From Lentisphaerae bacterium GWF2_49_21 (GTDB lineage Bacteria > Verrucomicrobiota > Lentisphaeria > Victivallales > GWF2-50-93): a DNA stretch of 64,000 nt. The notes beneath the pieces were generated by a model. It made no database searches. It saw nothing but the letters and a program-made list of their open reading frames with translations, and was not told the origin of the DNA. Of this stretch, positions 9,451 through 19,704 are shown piece by piece. The DNA lies in the NCBI GenBank assembly GCA_001804805.1, contig MHBH01000005.1, positions 124,618 through 188,617 of the forward strand, given 5' to 3'. A program made the position numbers and the translations under genes. Numbering within the stretch: position 1 is the stretch's first letter; every line of letters starts with the position of its first letter.

Positions 9451-9744
9451 TTATCTGTCCCTGTTGAAACTGCGGCGTTCGCCTCCACCATTTCCGCCTT
9501 CGCGTTTCTCGCGGGCCTCATTGACTCTCAGATTGCGGCCGCCCATGTCTTTTCCATTGGTGCCTTCAATCGCCTTGAGTGCAGCGTCATCATCCATCTC
9601 GACAAAACCGAATCCGCGTGATCTGCCGGATTCCTTGTCCTTGATGATCTTGACCGAGTTTACGGTTCCGAACTGCTCGTACATCGCCTTGACTTCCTCT
9701 TCAGTTGTCGTGAAGGGAAGATTTCCTACGTAGAGGACCTTCAT
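9451..9744 (-). CDS. RRM (RNP-1) RNA-binding protein
   Basis: RNP2 LYVGNL, RNP1 RGFGFVEM, LRVNEA, Gly/Arg tail; GGAG RBS before the second ATG. Confidence 0.95.
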   Translation of the reverse strand: MKVLYVGNLPFTTTEEEVKAMYEQFGTVNSVKIIKDKESGRSRGFGFVEMDDDAALKAIEGTNGKDMGGRNLRVNEAREKREGGNGGGERRSFNRDR

Positions 9745-9992
9745 CTTTCTTTTCTCCATTAACTAATTGACTTTTATATGCAGTCAGTTCTTCCACTTCA
9801 AGATTCCCGGCCGGTTCCGGCAGGTCAGGCTTGCCGTGACAGAGAACTGAAAACATATCTAAAGGAACAGAATATAATCTGTAACTGCCTTTTTCCAAGC
9901 ACTTTTCTTCAAAAAAAATGCAAATTCAATATGAATTGGGCGAAGAGGGGTTATTTTATCGCAAATTTTTCAATTGAATTTTCAGGTGATGA

Positions 9993-11747
9993 ATGCCGCT
10001 GTGCAGACATTTTGTGCTGGGAAACGGCAAGTTCAGGTGTGTGATAAGCTTCAGGAAGGATTACAGAAGTCCTCATATAACCACCTATCTTCCTAATCCC
10101 GGAAATACTGAGGATACTAGGAACCTCGCATTGAAGGACCTTGATCTGCCGATAGCCGGAGACCCTGATTTCATCAAATCCACCGAAAGCGCCTTTCCCG
10201 GAAGGCACATAAAGATAAATCTCGAACTCCCCAATAAAGGCCCTTTTTCCTGGGAGCTCTGGGTGAACGAGGGCGACCAGCTTCTCTTCTTCAAGAATTC
10301 CGCAGGAAGGAACTATTCCCTGAAGTGCGACCGTGACAAGGCGACATTCAGGCAGGCCCTCCCTTTCCTCGGAAATCCGCCGGCCAAGTTTCCGCAGAAG
10401 CATGACTGTGCCATAATAAGCATGCAGGATGCGGAACTGGCGGCGATCACAAATTCACTCCCGGCTCTTTTCTCGGCGGTCATCAGGGAGGACGGCAGGT
10501 TCCCGGCCGGTGCGCACAACGCATACGGCGGGGCATGGATCCGCGACGGAGTGATGTCTGCCGCAGGCTGGGCTTATGCCGACTATCCCGAAACTGAAAA
10601 ACTCTTCGAATATCTTTTCCTGAATGTTCCGCCCAAGGAGGGGCAGATCGAGGAATATGGAATGATGATCTGGGGGATATACCAGTACTGGTGCCATTCC
10701 GGCAACGACGCGTTTGTTGCGAAATTCGCAGACAGGCTGAAGGAGTTCGTATGGAAACCGTTCGCGAGCTTGCACAACGGGCTCATCCTTTCGAAGGTTG
10801 AAGGCTACTGGGAGCGCGCTTATCTCGGGGAGGGATATTCATTTTCACAGAACTGCTGGGCCGTGCATGCCGTCGACTGCTATCTCAAGATGGCGGAGCA
10901 TTTCAGGTGGCATGATGATTTCGAGATGCTCAACGAGAAAAGAAACATCGTCAGCCACAGCCTCTTCGACTGCAGATTCAAGAGGGACGGATATTTCGCC
11001 AAAAGGCTGCTTCCGGATTTCAGCATCCAGGATTCCGTCACAGTGGAAAGATATCTTTCAATGGGCATACATCCCTATCAGAACGAATTTGCAAGGTCGG
11101 AAGATCTCTTGAAGGGGCATGGGCTTCTCAATCCGGATTCGCAGACAAGCACCGCATGGCTCCTCGGGCTCTTGCCTGCGGATGTACCGGAATCGATCAA
11201 GACAGGACATGAGATCTGGAAGCTCTGGAACCAGGCGTGGGATTTCGGCGGACTAGAAAGATACAACGTCACGAGCGACTGCGACAGGGAGGTCGCCGGT
11301 CCGTGGTTCCTTGCATCGTTCATGATGGGCAGGGCATATCTGCTGCAGAATGAGTATCTGCGGGTTTCGCAGATAATCGAATGGGGGCGCAAGGAGTTCA
11401 ACGGCGCCGGATGGAGCGAGAGGATCTCCAGGTCGCACAATCCCGCGGATCCGAACCGTTACGTGCACGAGATCCTCAACTGGCCGGCCGGCGAATGGCT
11501 GATGATGCTATACAGGGAGGGCGCCGGCCTTTATCCCACCAACGACGGGCTCCGCATCTCCCCGCATCTGCCGAGGAAGTTTGCAGGGCTGAAGATCCAG
11601 TATTACAGGTATCGCGGATTTACATACAACATAAGCTATGTCGGCGCCGGCTTTGAGCTCCGCAGGATCAATTTCAACGGCAGGCAGTTGAGCTCCAATC
11701 TCCTTCCCATGGAAAATGGAGATGTCGAAGTCCTTATGAAGAACTGA
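9993..11747 (+). CDS. Six-hairpin (alpha/alpha)6 glycoside hydrolase-like protein
   Basis: YGGAWIRDG (WxRD), GYWER, GPWFLAS, WSE; C-terminal GLRISPHLP beta-domain like GH65/94/15 relatives. Confidence 0.7.
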   Translation: MPLCRHFVLGNGKFRCVISFRKDYRSPHITTYLPNPGNTEDTRNLALKDLDLPIAGDPDFIKSTESAFPGRHIKINLELPNKGPFSWELWVNEGDQLLFFKNSAGRNYSLKCDRDKATFRQALPFLGNPPAKFPQKHDCAIISMQDAELAAITNSLPALFSAVIREDGRFPAGAHNAYGGAWIRDGVMSAAGWAYADYPETEKLFEYLFLNVPPKEGQIEEYGMMIWGIYQYWCHSGNDAFVAKFADRLKEFVWKPFASLHNGLILSKVEGYWERAYLGEGYSFSQNCWAVHAVDCYLKMAEHFRWHDDFEMLNEKRNIVSHSLFDCRFKRDGYFAKRLLPDFSIQDSVTVERYLSMGIHPYQNEFARSEDLLKGHGLLNPDSQTSTAWLLGLLPADVPESIKTGHEIWKLWNQAWDFGGLERYNVTSDCDREVAGPWFLASFMMGRAYLLQNEYLRVSQIIEWGRKEFNGAGWSERISRSHNPADPNRYVHEILNWPAGEWLMMLYREGAGLYPTNDGLRISPHLPRKFAGLKIQYYRYRGFTYNISYVGAGFELRRINFNGRQLSSNLLPMENGDVEVLMKN

Positions 11748-11851
11748 TAAATTCCGGAGCGGAATTTATTTCCGCCGCAGTGCGTCCGGAAGCTGGCAAT
11801 GATCCCCAATCCGTGTATATTTGAGCTTTTAATTTTTCCAGACAGAAGGGA

Positions 11852-12886
11852 ATGATGACTGATTTCAGATATAGTTTCAAAGGCAAGGGGTTGAACGAAC
11901 GGGGTGGCGACAATGAAGGCGGCACAGGACCGTCCTTCTGGATCATCCTGGGGATCGTTTCCCTGGTGATGATCGGCCTTGTATATCTTTTCATTAGTTC
12001 CAACAGGTCGGCGACGGCTCCTGAGCCCGTTCCTGAAAAAGAAGCGAAAGTGGAGGATAAGGGCAGGAAGACAGATGTAGTTCCGCCGGTTCCGGGCAAG
12101 GAACAAGAAACTTCGCCCAGGAAATCCTCGAAGAGCGCCGGTGAATACAAGATGCTTTCCGACGACTGCACCAAGGCTGAGGAGCTTCTGAAGAATGAAC
12201 AGATCGTTCCGGCGCGTGATGAGGCGGTGAAGATCCTGAAGTCGGGGATTGAGGAGGATGATCCAGTCTGGAAGAGGGCGGTCGCAGTCCTGAACAAGTC
12301 GAACACCACGATTTTCTTCACGGATATTCCGGCTCCTGAAAAGCAGCTTTATCTGATCCAGAAAGGCGACAGCCTGATCAAGATCGCGATGGATTTCAAC
12401 ACGACCATTGACGCCATACAGAAGGGCAACAGGATGAATCCTTCAAATCCTGTGATACATCCCGGGAAGACACTTAAGATATACAAGGGGGGCTGGAAAG
12501 TGAAAATCAGTAAAAAACGTTTTAAACTTTACCTTTACGATAATGACAATATATTTATGATCTATAATATCGGTATTGGAAAGCAGGGGAGGACTCCCCT
12601 CGGAACCTTTGAGGTGGAGGTCAAGAAGAAGGAGCCGGTCTGGTACAAGGACGGCAAGCAGGTGCCCTACGGCGACAAGGAGAACATCCTCGGTACAAGA
12701 TGGATGGCGCTCAAGCCGACTGCCGGGACGAATCCCAATTACAAGGGATATGGTATACACGGGACCTGGACTCCCGATGAGATCGGGAAGGACACCAGCA
12801 ACGGCTGCATAAGGATGCGGAACGAGGACATAAGCGATCTTTACATGATAGTTCCTTTGAAAACAAAAGTACTTATTGAGGATTGA
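11852..12886 (+). CDS. Membrane-anchored LysM + L,D-transpeptidase (YkuD)
   Basis: N-terminal TM, LysM YLIQKGDSLIKIA...IHPGKTLKI, catalytic YGIHGT...SNGCIRM. Confidence 0.93.
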   Translation: MMTDFRYSFKGKGLNERGGDNEGGTGPSFWIILGIVSLVMIGLVYLFISSNRSATAPEPVPEKEAKVEDKGRKTDVVPPVPGKEQETSPRKSSKSAGEYKMLSDDCTKAEELLKNEQIVPARDEAVKILKSGIEEDDPVWKRAVAVLNKSNTTIFFTDIPAPEKQLYLIQKGDSLIKIAMDFNTTIDAIQKGNRMNPSNPVIHPGKTLKIYKGGWKVKISKKRFKLYLYDNDNIFMIYNIGIGKQGRTPLGTFEVEVKKKEPVWYKDGKQVPYGDKENILGTRWMALKPTAGTNPNYKGYGIHGTWTPDEIGKDTSNGCIRMRNEDISDLYMIVPLKTKVLIED

Positions 12887-12888
12887 CC

Positions 12889-13845
12889 ATGGCAAATACA
12901 GTTCTGGATTTTGAAAAACCCATTGCCGAACTTGAGAACAAGATCTCGGAATTCGAGAAGCTCGGCAATACCCACAGCCTCGATGTCGAGAAGGAAATAA
13001 CCAACCTGAGGAAGAAAATAGACGAGACGAAAAGGACCATCTACGAGAGCCTTACTCCGTGGCAGAGGGTCCAGCTGGCGCGTCATCCGGACCGGCCATA
13101 CATGCTCGACTACCTTGGCAGGATATTCACGGATTTCCTTGAACTGCACGGTGACAGGCGGTTCTCCGAGGATCCTGCGATAGTCGGCGGATTTGCCAAA
13201 CTTGATGGAAAACCTGTCGTTGTCCTGGGCACCCAGAAGGGGCGCAACATCAAGGAGAATGTCTTCAGGAACTTCGGATGTCCGCATCCCGAGGGGTACC
13301 GCAAGGCCCTGCGTATAATGAAACTCGCTGAAAAGGCGAAAGTTCCGATAATAACGATCATCGACACGCCTGGAGCTTTTCCGGGTATTGCCTCGGAGGA
13401 AAGACATATCGGAGAAGCGATAGCTGTCAATCTCAGGGAGATGTTCGAGCTGCCAGTACCATTCCTTGCCACGGTGATTGGAGAAGGGGGCAGCGGCGGC
13501 GCCCTTGGCATAAGCGTCGGAAACAGGATCCTGCTCATGGAGAACTCATATTATTCCGTCATTACGCCCGAGGGATGTGCAGCCATACTTTGGAAGGACA
13601 GGGCGTTTTCCGCAAAGGCCGCGGAATCCCTGCGCTTGACGGCGAAGGATCTCATGGAGCTGGGTATTATCGACGAGATTGTGAAGGAGCCCCTCGGCGG
13701 AGCCCACAAGGACTATGACTCCGCAGCCGAATCATTGAAGAAGGCTCTGAAGAAAAACCTCGCCGAACTGGAGAAGCTTTCACCGAAGGAGCTCAGGGAG
13801 AACCGTTACAACAAATATCGCAAGCTGGGTGTGTTCACTGAATGA
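12889..13845 (+). CDS. accA: Acetyl-CoA carboxylase carboxyltransferase alpha subunit
   Basis: LDFEKPI, ARHPDRP, ELHGDR, GYRKALR, IDTPGAFPG, GEGGSGGALG, YSVITPEGCAAILWK. Confidence 0.97.
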   Translation: MANTVLDFEKPIAELENKISEFEKLGNTHSLDVEKEITNLRKKIDETKRTIYESLTPWQRVQLARHPDRPYMLDYLGRIFTDFLELHGDRRFSEDPAIVGGFAKLDGKPVVVLGTQKGRNIKENVFRNFGCPHPEGYRKALRIMKLAEKAKVPIITIIDTPGAFPGIASEERHIGEAIAVNLREMFELPVPFLATVIGEGGSGGALGISVGNRILLMENSYYSVITPEGCAAILWKDRAFSAKAAESLRLTAKDLMELGIIDEIVKEPLGGAHKDYDSAAESLKKALKKNLAELEKLSPKELRENRYNKYRKLGVFTE

Positions 13846-14303
13846 ATAAAATATCAATCCGCGCAGCCAGGAACAAGGATGTGAGGCCGATCCGCAGGAT
13901 TCTCGCCCCTTATGCGAAGAAGAAAATCGTGCTTCCGAGGACTGCGGTTGAGATTACAAGGCATGTCCGGAATTTCTGCGTGGCCGAGAAGGACGGGGAA
14001 ATAATCGGATGCTGCGCCTTCCGCGACTACGGCAACAACCTCTTTGAAATCAGATCCCTCGCCGTCAATGCACGAAACGCCGGCAGCGGCATAGGCTCCA
14101 GGCTTGTCGAGTTCCTGATCAGGGAGATTGCCTCCAGGGGAAAGGTGAAGATCTTCGCATTGACGACAAGTCCCGGATTCTTCCAGAGGTTCGGATTCAA
14201 GACTGTCGAAAAGGACATGTTTCCGCAGAAGATCTGGCATGACTGCTCGAAATGCCCCAAGCTGAACGACTGCGACGAGGAGGCCCTGCTTCTGGAACCG
14301 TGA
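13842..14303 (+). CDS. GNAT N-acetyltransferase (short ArgA/N-acetylglutamate synthase-like)
   Basis: EIRSLAV, GSGIGSRLV, FALT..PGFF.RFGF, PQKIWHDCSKCPK..CDEEA typical of short ArgA-like GNATs. Confidence 0.85.
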   Translation: MNKISIRAARNKDVRPIRRILAPYAKKKIVLPRTAVEITRHVRNFCVAEKDGEIIGCCAFRDYGNNLFEIRSLAVNARNAGSGIGSRLVEFLIREIASRGKVKIFALTTSPGFFQRFGFKTVEKDMFPQKIWHDCSKCPKLNDCDEEALLLEP

Positions 14304-14306
14304 ACA

Positions 14307-16211
14307 ATGCAAAAGAAATCTTCAAAAATAAATCGCCGCTCGGGTTCCAAGGAGGAGATCAAGCGCGCTTTCAAGTCCGGGCAGGGCGGCCGAACTGAGC
14401 TTTTCGTGTATGGCACGCTCATGGACGACAAACATGTGAAACTTCTCCTGAAACGCGTCGTTCCTTCAGTTCCGGCAAAACTCCACCATTATATGCGTGT
14501 CGCGCCCTCCTGGAGCTTTCCGTTCATAGTGAAGCAGCATGGTGCCGTGACCGAGGGCAGGATATTGAAGGGTTTGACCCCTGAGGAGCTCAAGGTGCTT
14601 GATGATTTCGAAGTCGAAGGGCATCTTTTCAAGAGGCAGGGGGCCATCGTGAGGACGGCCAGGGGACGGCAGCGCTGCATGACCTATGTCGGCAACATCA
14701 GCGCACTTGAACAATCTTTCGGCAGGGAAGTCAAGTTTGAGGACAGATACAACCGTTTCATAGAGAAGAAGGTGGATGCCATCATTGGCGAGATGGACAC
14801 AGGCAAATCTGAAATTACACGCCGTGTCATCCATGAGCTGATGGGATCTGCGGTTGACGAGATCATCCAGTCTCACTTCGACGGCAACTACATCTGCAAC
14901 TATATAATGATACAGGCGCTTGAGGACGCCAAGCCACCGCATCTGGTGGACCTGCTCAAGAAACAGGACCTGCTTCCCTACGCGGGAAATTACATCAGGC
15001 TCGCCTGCAAGCACATTGTCTTCAACCAGATAGTCGAGGCGTTGCGCCATGAATACCTTGACGCCGTGCGCATCGCCCAGCCATACTTCAGGCATGGACT
15101 GGCGATCCTCCTTGGAATGCTCTACTGCAACAGGCACTCGAAGATGATCAATGACCTTTTCAATGAGAAGTTTCTCGGTGTTGTCGTGGAAGGCCGGAAC
15201 TACAGGGATTATGCGAAGCTCGCAATTGAGATCGCCGACAGCATTTACAACTCCAAGGAGATGCAGCCGATCATAGAGTATGTCGAGGAAAACTGGTATT
15301 CGACGCCTACGCCGCTCGGTGCCGAGCTGGAATTCAGCTGCCTCGGAAAACGCGCCGTCTATGCGCAGCCCGGCGAGGACAAGATGTATGACGGGTTCTA
15401 CTGGTTCAAGGATTTCGACATGTTCCGCAGGACCTGGCGTCTCGGTGGCCACGTGGATTCGCACCAGCAGATAACTGTCGCACAGGAAAGGCACCGTGGA
15501 TTTTTCGAATATGCGCTCGGGCGCTATCAGATAGTCGGGGATCTTTCACGTCCGCTTTTCGCATGCCCATGGGGGATGTCCGTCCTTATCAACGAGGCTG
15601 TGAAGTTTATCGACATCCCGCCGCACAGCCTGCACATTTCAATGGAGCTAACGCGTGGCAGGAGAAGCAATATCAGCGACAAGGCGCACGATGAGAATGA
15701 TCTTGTCTGCCTTCTCCTCCTAGGGGGCGATATCAGGCCTGATCCGCAGGGCGTTCCCAGGGAATGGCGCGTCTATGACGGGGAACTCGACACAAACCTG
15801 AACAAGTCGCTGAATTTCTCCGACCGCAAATATCATTTTGCAAAAGCGGATCAGGATGAAAGCGAAGCCGCAGATGTAATGGAGTACAAGTATATCAGGC
15901 TCAAGCGCGAGAACACCGACTATGAAAGCCTGATAATAGCCCTGAAGGGATATCAGTTTGGTACAAGGACCCGCCCGATCAAGACGCAGACAATGGAGAA
16001 GGAGATGCCGGAGCAGACTTTCCTGCGGGAATGGGCCGCCAATCCACAGCCTATCGAAACTTCTGCAATAAATAAATTCATTGAGAAAGTTGAAAATGGC
16101 CTTCTTGAGGAGAATAATATCGCCAGGCTCCCTTCGACAAAACAGAACGCCCTTAAAAGGATCGAAGAACGCCTGCTCGAACGCAATGGATTCATTTCGA
16201 AATACAAGTAA
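14307..16211 (+). CDS. Gamma-glutamylcyclotransferase (GGCT/AIG2-like) domain fused to a putative GS/GCS-fold carboxylate-amine ligase domain
   Basis: N-terminal LFVYGTLM and LDDFE..LFKR; C-terminal LGAELEF, GFFEYA, HSLHIS, MEYK. The ligase assignment is inferred from motif order only. Confidence 0.7.
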   Translation: MQKKSSKINRRSGSKEEIKRAFKSGQGGRTELFVYGTLMDDKHVKLLLKRVVPSVPAKLHHYMRVAPSWSFPFIVKQHGAVTEGRILKGLTPEELKVLDDFEVEGHLFKRQGAIVRTARGRQRCMTYVGNISALEQSFGREVKFEDRYNRFIEKKVDAIIGEMDTGKSEITRRVIHELMGSAVDEIIQSHFDGNYICNYIMIQALEDAKPPHLVDLLKKQDLLPYAGNYIRLACKHIVFNQIVEALRHEYLDAVRIAQPYFRHGLAILLGMLYCNRHSKMINDLFNEKFLGVVVEGRNYRDYAKLAIEIADSIYNSKEMQPIIEYVEENWYSTPTPLGAELEFSCLGKRAVYAQPGEDKMYDGFYWFKDFDMFRRTWRLGGHVDSHQQITVAQERHRGFFEYALGRYQIVGDLSRPLFACPWGMSVLINEAVKFIDIPPHSLHISMELTRGRRSNISDKAHDENDLVCLLLLGGDIRPDPQGVPREWRVYDGELDTNLNKSLNFSDRKYHFAKADQDESEAADVMEYKYIRLKRENTDYESLIIALKGYQFGTRTRPIKTQTMEKEMPEQTFLREWAANPQPIETSAINKFIEKVENGLLEENNIARLPSTKQNALKRIEERLLERNGFISKYK

Positions 16212-16226
16212 CTTAGGACGCAAAAC

Positions 16227-17039
16227 ATGAAATACGACAATCGTCCGATTGGTGTCTTTGATTCAGGGCTTGGCGGGCTTACCGTCATTGCCGCTATGAA
16301 GAAATCGCTCCCCAATGAGAATTTCATCTATCTCGGTGATACCGCCCGAGTGCCTTACGGAGACAAATCCCCGGCCAATATAATCCGTTTCGGGATCGAA
16401 GACGCATCTTTCCTTGTCACAAAAGGTGTCAAGCTTATTGTTGTCGCATGCAACACTGTGTCGGCAATAGCCATTTCCGAGATCCGCGCGAAGTTCGCAG
16501 ATGTACCGGTGATCGGCGTCCTCGAGGCCGGTGTTGAGGCATGCCTCAAGGCGAAACCTGGATATGTTGCGGTGATCGGGACCAGGGCGACCGTCAGCAG
16601 CGATGCCTACCGCCGCGCTATCCATGCAGTGAATCCCGAAATAAATGTCAAGACCATCGCATGCCCGCTGTTCGTCCCAATCGTGGAGGAGGGGCTGGCG
16701 GACAACGAGATAAGCCGGCTGACCGTGGAATTCTATCTCAAACCTCTTAAAAAAGAGACGCCTGACATGCTTCTCCTCGCCTGTACGCATTATCCGCTGC
16801 TGAAAAAATCCTTCCACTCGTACCTCTCTAAAAAGGTAAAGATTGTCGACAGCGCCGAAGCCTGTGCGAAATTCGCAGAGGAATATCTGAGGAAGAATTC
16901 CCTTTCTGCAAGCAGTACGACTGCCGGAACCGAGAGATTCTACGTTACCGACATGCCGGATTCATTCTTCAAGCAGGCAAAGAAGTTCCTCGGCCGCGAC
17001 CTCGAACACTTCCAGAAAGTGTCGATCTCGGACAACTGA
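16227..17039 (+). CDS. murI: Glutamate racemase
   Basis: IGVFDSGLGGLTV, GDTARVPYG, VACNT, LACTHYP (both catalytic Cys). Confidence 0.97.
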   Translation: MKYDNRPIGVFDSGLGGLTVIAAMKKSLPNENFIYLGDTARVPYGDKSPANIIRFGIEDASFLVTKGVKLIVVACNTVSAIAISEIRAKFADVPVIGVLEAGVEACLKAKPGYVAVIGTRATVSSDAYRRAIHAVNPEINVKTIACPLFVPIVEEGLADNEISRLTVEFYLKPLKKETPDMLLLACTHYPLLKKSFHSYLSKKVKIVDSAEACAKFAEEYLRKNSLSASSTTAGTERFYVTDMPDSFFKQAKKFLGRDLEHFQKVSISDN

Positions 17040-17047
17040 AGAATTAT

Positions 17048-17158
17048 AAACCACAGAACACACAGATGACACAGAAAAGATTTTAAAATCCTTTTATCTC
17101 GACTCATATCCTATATCTTTTGCCAACCTAAGATGTTTCTGTGTGGTCTGTGGTTTAT
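17048..17158. repeat. Inverted pair of 9-mer tandem repeats (CACAGA-type)
   Basis: aaaccacagaacacacagatgacacaga ... ttctgtgtggtctgtggttt, between convergent genes. Confidence 0.7.
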
Positions 17159-17170
17159 GATGTTTTTATC

Positions 17171-18040
17171 CTATCCATGCGCCTCTTCCCTGGATGATAG
17201 CGGATAGGCGCCTGTCTTCCTCTTGTACCAGGCGCAGAAATGCGAATCGGATGAGAATCCAAGCTTTGCAGAGATCTCCTTTACCGAAAGAGTCGTCCCC
17301 TGCAGGAGCGCCCTTGCCGACGACACGAGTCTCCGTTCAAGATATTTTCTCGGAGTGGTGCCAAGTTCTCGCATGAAGAGCCTGTCGATCTGGACCTTTC
17401 CGAGCGATACGGTCCGTTCAAGATAATCGTAGGGGATCTCGCCTGTGAATGACATTCCGTCGAGTATCTTCATTATCGACTGCACACGTCCATCTACAGG
17501 CGAAGGTGTCGAATATCTGAAACCTTCGGATTCCATTGCACTGGCCCATTCACCGAGCCATTTCCAGAACTTTTCCTTTATTGACGTAAATGTCATGAAA
17601 TCAATCTCAAGGCTTTCCTGATTCTTCCTTACGGGAATGCTCAGCTGCTTTTCCGCCGTAGCCAGAAGGGATTCGGCGCATTTCTGGAGCCCGGGATATT
17701 TCTTCGAGCTGAAGTCGACGAAGCGGTCACAGGCCAGGAAAGGCCTGCCGTCGGGCCATTCCGCCAGGAAATTCATGGAGAGTATCCGGGTGCCTGGCGA
17801 GAAAATCTGATCCTTCTTTTTTCCGAGAGGAGGAAATACCCAGGAGCCTTTTCCAAGCTTGCTCATGGAATCTTCGGAGAGGCCGAATTCTATGCCTCCC
17901 TCCTTGATGAGCCAGGCCGAGTATCTGGACGCAATCCCTTTCCTGCCTGATCCGACTGCCGGAACAATATTGTCGTAGATCCAGAAGAGCTGGCAGTCCA
18001 GCTTGTCCCATTCGTAAAGGCCGAGGTGGTTATTGTTCAT
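17171..18040 (-). CDS. AraC-family transcriptional regulator
   Basis: C-terminal RLFMRELGTTPRKY and LSVKEISAKLGFSSDSHFCAWYKRKTGAYP; divergent from the sugar genes. Confidence 0.9.
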   Translation of the reverse strand: MNNNHLGLYEWDKLDCQLFWIYDNIVPAVGSGRKGIASRYSAWLIKEGGIEFGLSEDSMSKLGKGSWVFPPLGKKKDQIFSPGTRILSMNFLAEWPDGRPFLACDRFVDFSSKKYPGLQKCAESLLATAEKQLSIPVRKNQESLEIDFMTFTSIKEKFWKWLGEWASAMESEGFRYSTPSPVDGRVQSIMKILDGMSFTGEIPYDYLERTVSLGKVQIDRLFMRELGTTPRKYLERRLVSSARALLQGTTLSVKEISAKLGFSSDSHFCAWYKRKTGAYPLSSREEAHG

Positions 18041-18239
18041 TGCCAAAAGTAACTTGGGCATTCCTGCCCGAGCCCTATCTCTTTTAAATCAAAGCCCCGG
18101 GCAAGAATGCCCGAGTTGCTCAAATGATAAATATAGACAATTATATGATGAACTGGGAATATCCGTTCAAATTGAAATAAGATATATTCGACTTACTGTA
18201 AATGCCAGAATATAAGAAATAATTATTATGGAGGATAGC

Positions 18240-19586
18240 ATGACAAACAAGTATAACATCGCGAAAATGGGGATTCCAGTCATCGGCAGTTGGGACGTGA
18301 TAGTGGTGGGAGGAGGTCCTGCCGGATGCACTGCGGCGGCTTCGGCGGCCCGGGAAGGGGCGAAGACGTTGCTCATAGAGGCGACTGGATGTCTCGGCGG
18401 CATGGGGACTTCCGGGCTGATTCCCGCATGGTGTCCGTTTTCCGACAAGCAGAAGATCGTATACAAGGGCATGGCGGAAAAAGTCTTTTCCGCAGCCAAG
18501 GAGGGGATGGCGCATGTGGCGAAGGAAGCAACTGAATGGGTTCCGATCGATGCAGAGCGACTCAAGAGGGTATATGACGACCTGTTGAAGGATTCCGGCG
18601 CTGAAGTCCTGTTCAATACATTTTTCTGCGGTGTCGATGCCTCCGACGACGGAGTCGTTTCAGGGATAGTCGTCGCGAACAAGAGCGGTCTGCTGGCCTA
18701 CAGGGCCAAAGTATATGTCGACTGCTCCGGCGATGCGGATCTCGCGGCCTGGGCGGGCGCGGACTTTGTGAAAGGAAATGATAATGGGGAGATGCAGCCT
18801 GTCACACTCTGCTTCGTGCTCAGCAATGTTGATGACTATGCATACAGGCATGGGCCTAATCTCCATGGAGGGAACAAGAACAGTCCGATATATCAGATCG
18901 TCGCTTCCGGGAAATATCCGCGCATAAAGGACACCCACCTCTGCCAGAACATTGTCGGACCAGGCACCGTAGGATTCAACGCAGGCCATCTCTGGGATGT
19001 TGACAATACGGATCCAAAGACGGTTTCAAAAGCGATGATGGAAGGGCGCAAGCTCGCAATGGAGTTCAGGGATTCTCTTGCGGAGTATCATCCTAAGGCT
19101 TTCGCAAACGCCCATCTGGTAGCTACGGCCCCTTTGATCGGAACCAGGGAGACACGACGCATAATCGGAGACTATGTGCTGACCATTGAAGACTATATTG
19201 CCAGGAGAAGTTTCCCTGACGAGGTATGCCGCAACAGCTATTTTGTGGATGTGCATACCGCCAAGAAGGAAATCAAGCAAGCAAAGAAGGGTACCGAGTT
19301 TTTCGAAAAGCGCTGCAGGCATTATAATCCCGGCGAATCGCATGGGATCCCGTACCGCTGTTTCACCCCGAAGAAGCTCAGGAATGTCCTTGTGGCAGGA
19401 AGATCCATATCCACCGACAGGCTTGTCCAGGGCAGCACGAGGGTGATGCCGGTATGCCTGGCGATGGGTGAGGCTGCTGGAATGGCCGCGAGTTTCGCGT
19501 CGAAGTCGAAGAGCCACGACGTGCACAAGGTCGACGTGAAGCTTCTCCGGAAACGACTGAAGGAGGAAGGCGGCTATATTGAGTGA
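18240..19586 (+). CDS. FAD-dependent oxidoreductase (FAD_oxidored family)
   Basis: DVIVVGGGPAG, LGGMGTSGL, VDCSGDADL, RETRRIIG.YVLT, IPYRC, LVAGRSIS, RVMPVCLAMGEAAG. Confidence 0.92.
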   Translation: MTNKYNIAKMGIPVIGSWDVIVVGGGPAGCTAAASAAREGAKTLLIEATGCLGGMGTSGLIPAWCPFSDKQKIVYKGMAEKVFSAAKEGMAHVAKEATEWVPIDAERLKRVYDDLLKDSGAEVLFNTFFCGVDASDDGVVSGIVVANKSGLLAYRAKVYVDCSGDADLAAWAGADFVKGNDNGEMQPVTLCFVLSNVDDYAYRHGPNLHGGNKNSPIYQIVASGKYPRIKDTHLCQNIVGPGTVGFNAGHLWDVDNTDPKTVSKAMMEGRKLAMEFRDSLAEYHPKAFANAHLVATAPLIGTRETRRIIGDYVLTIEDYIARRSFPDEVCRNSYFVDVHTAKKEIKQAKKGTEFFEKRCRHYNPGESHGIPYRCFTPKKLRNVLVAGRSISTDRLVQGSTRVMPVCLAMGEAAGMAASFASKSKSHDVHKVDVKLLRKRLKEEGGYIE

Positions 19587-19704
19587 GGATAATTTCTTTT
19601 TTGGCATCCTGCAAAAAAAGAAATTATTCGGTGGAAAGATAGCAATCTCATGGTACTTTATCCTGCAATCGGTTGCATAAAAATCTTCATGAAGGGAAAA
19701 CCAT

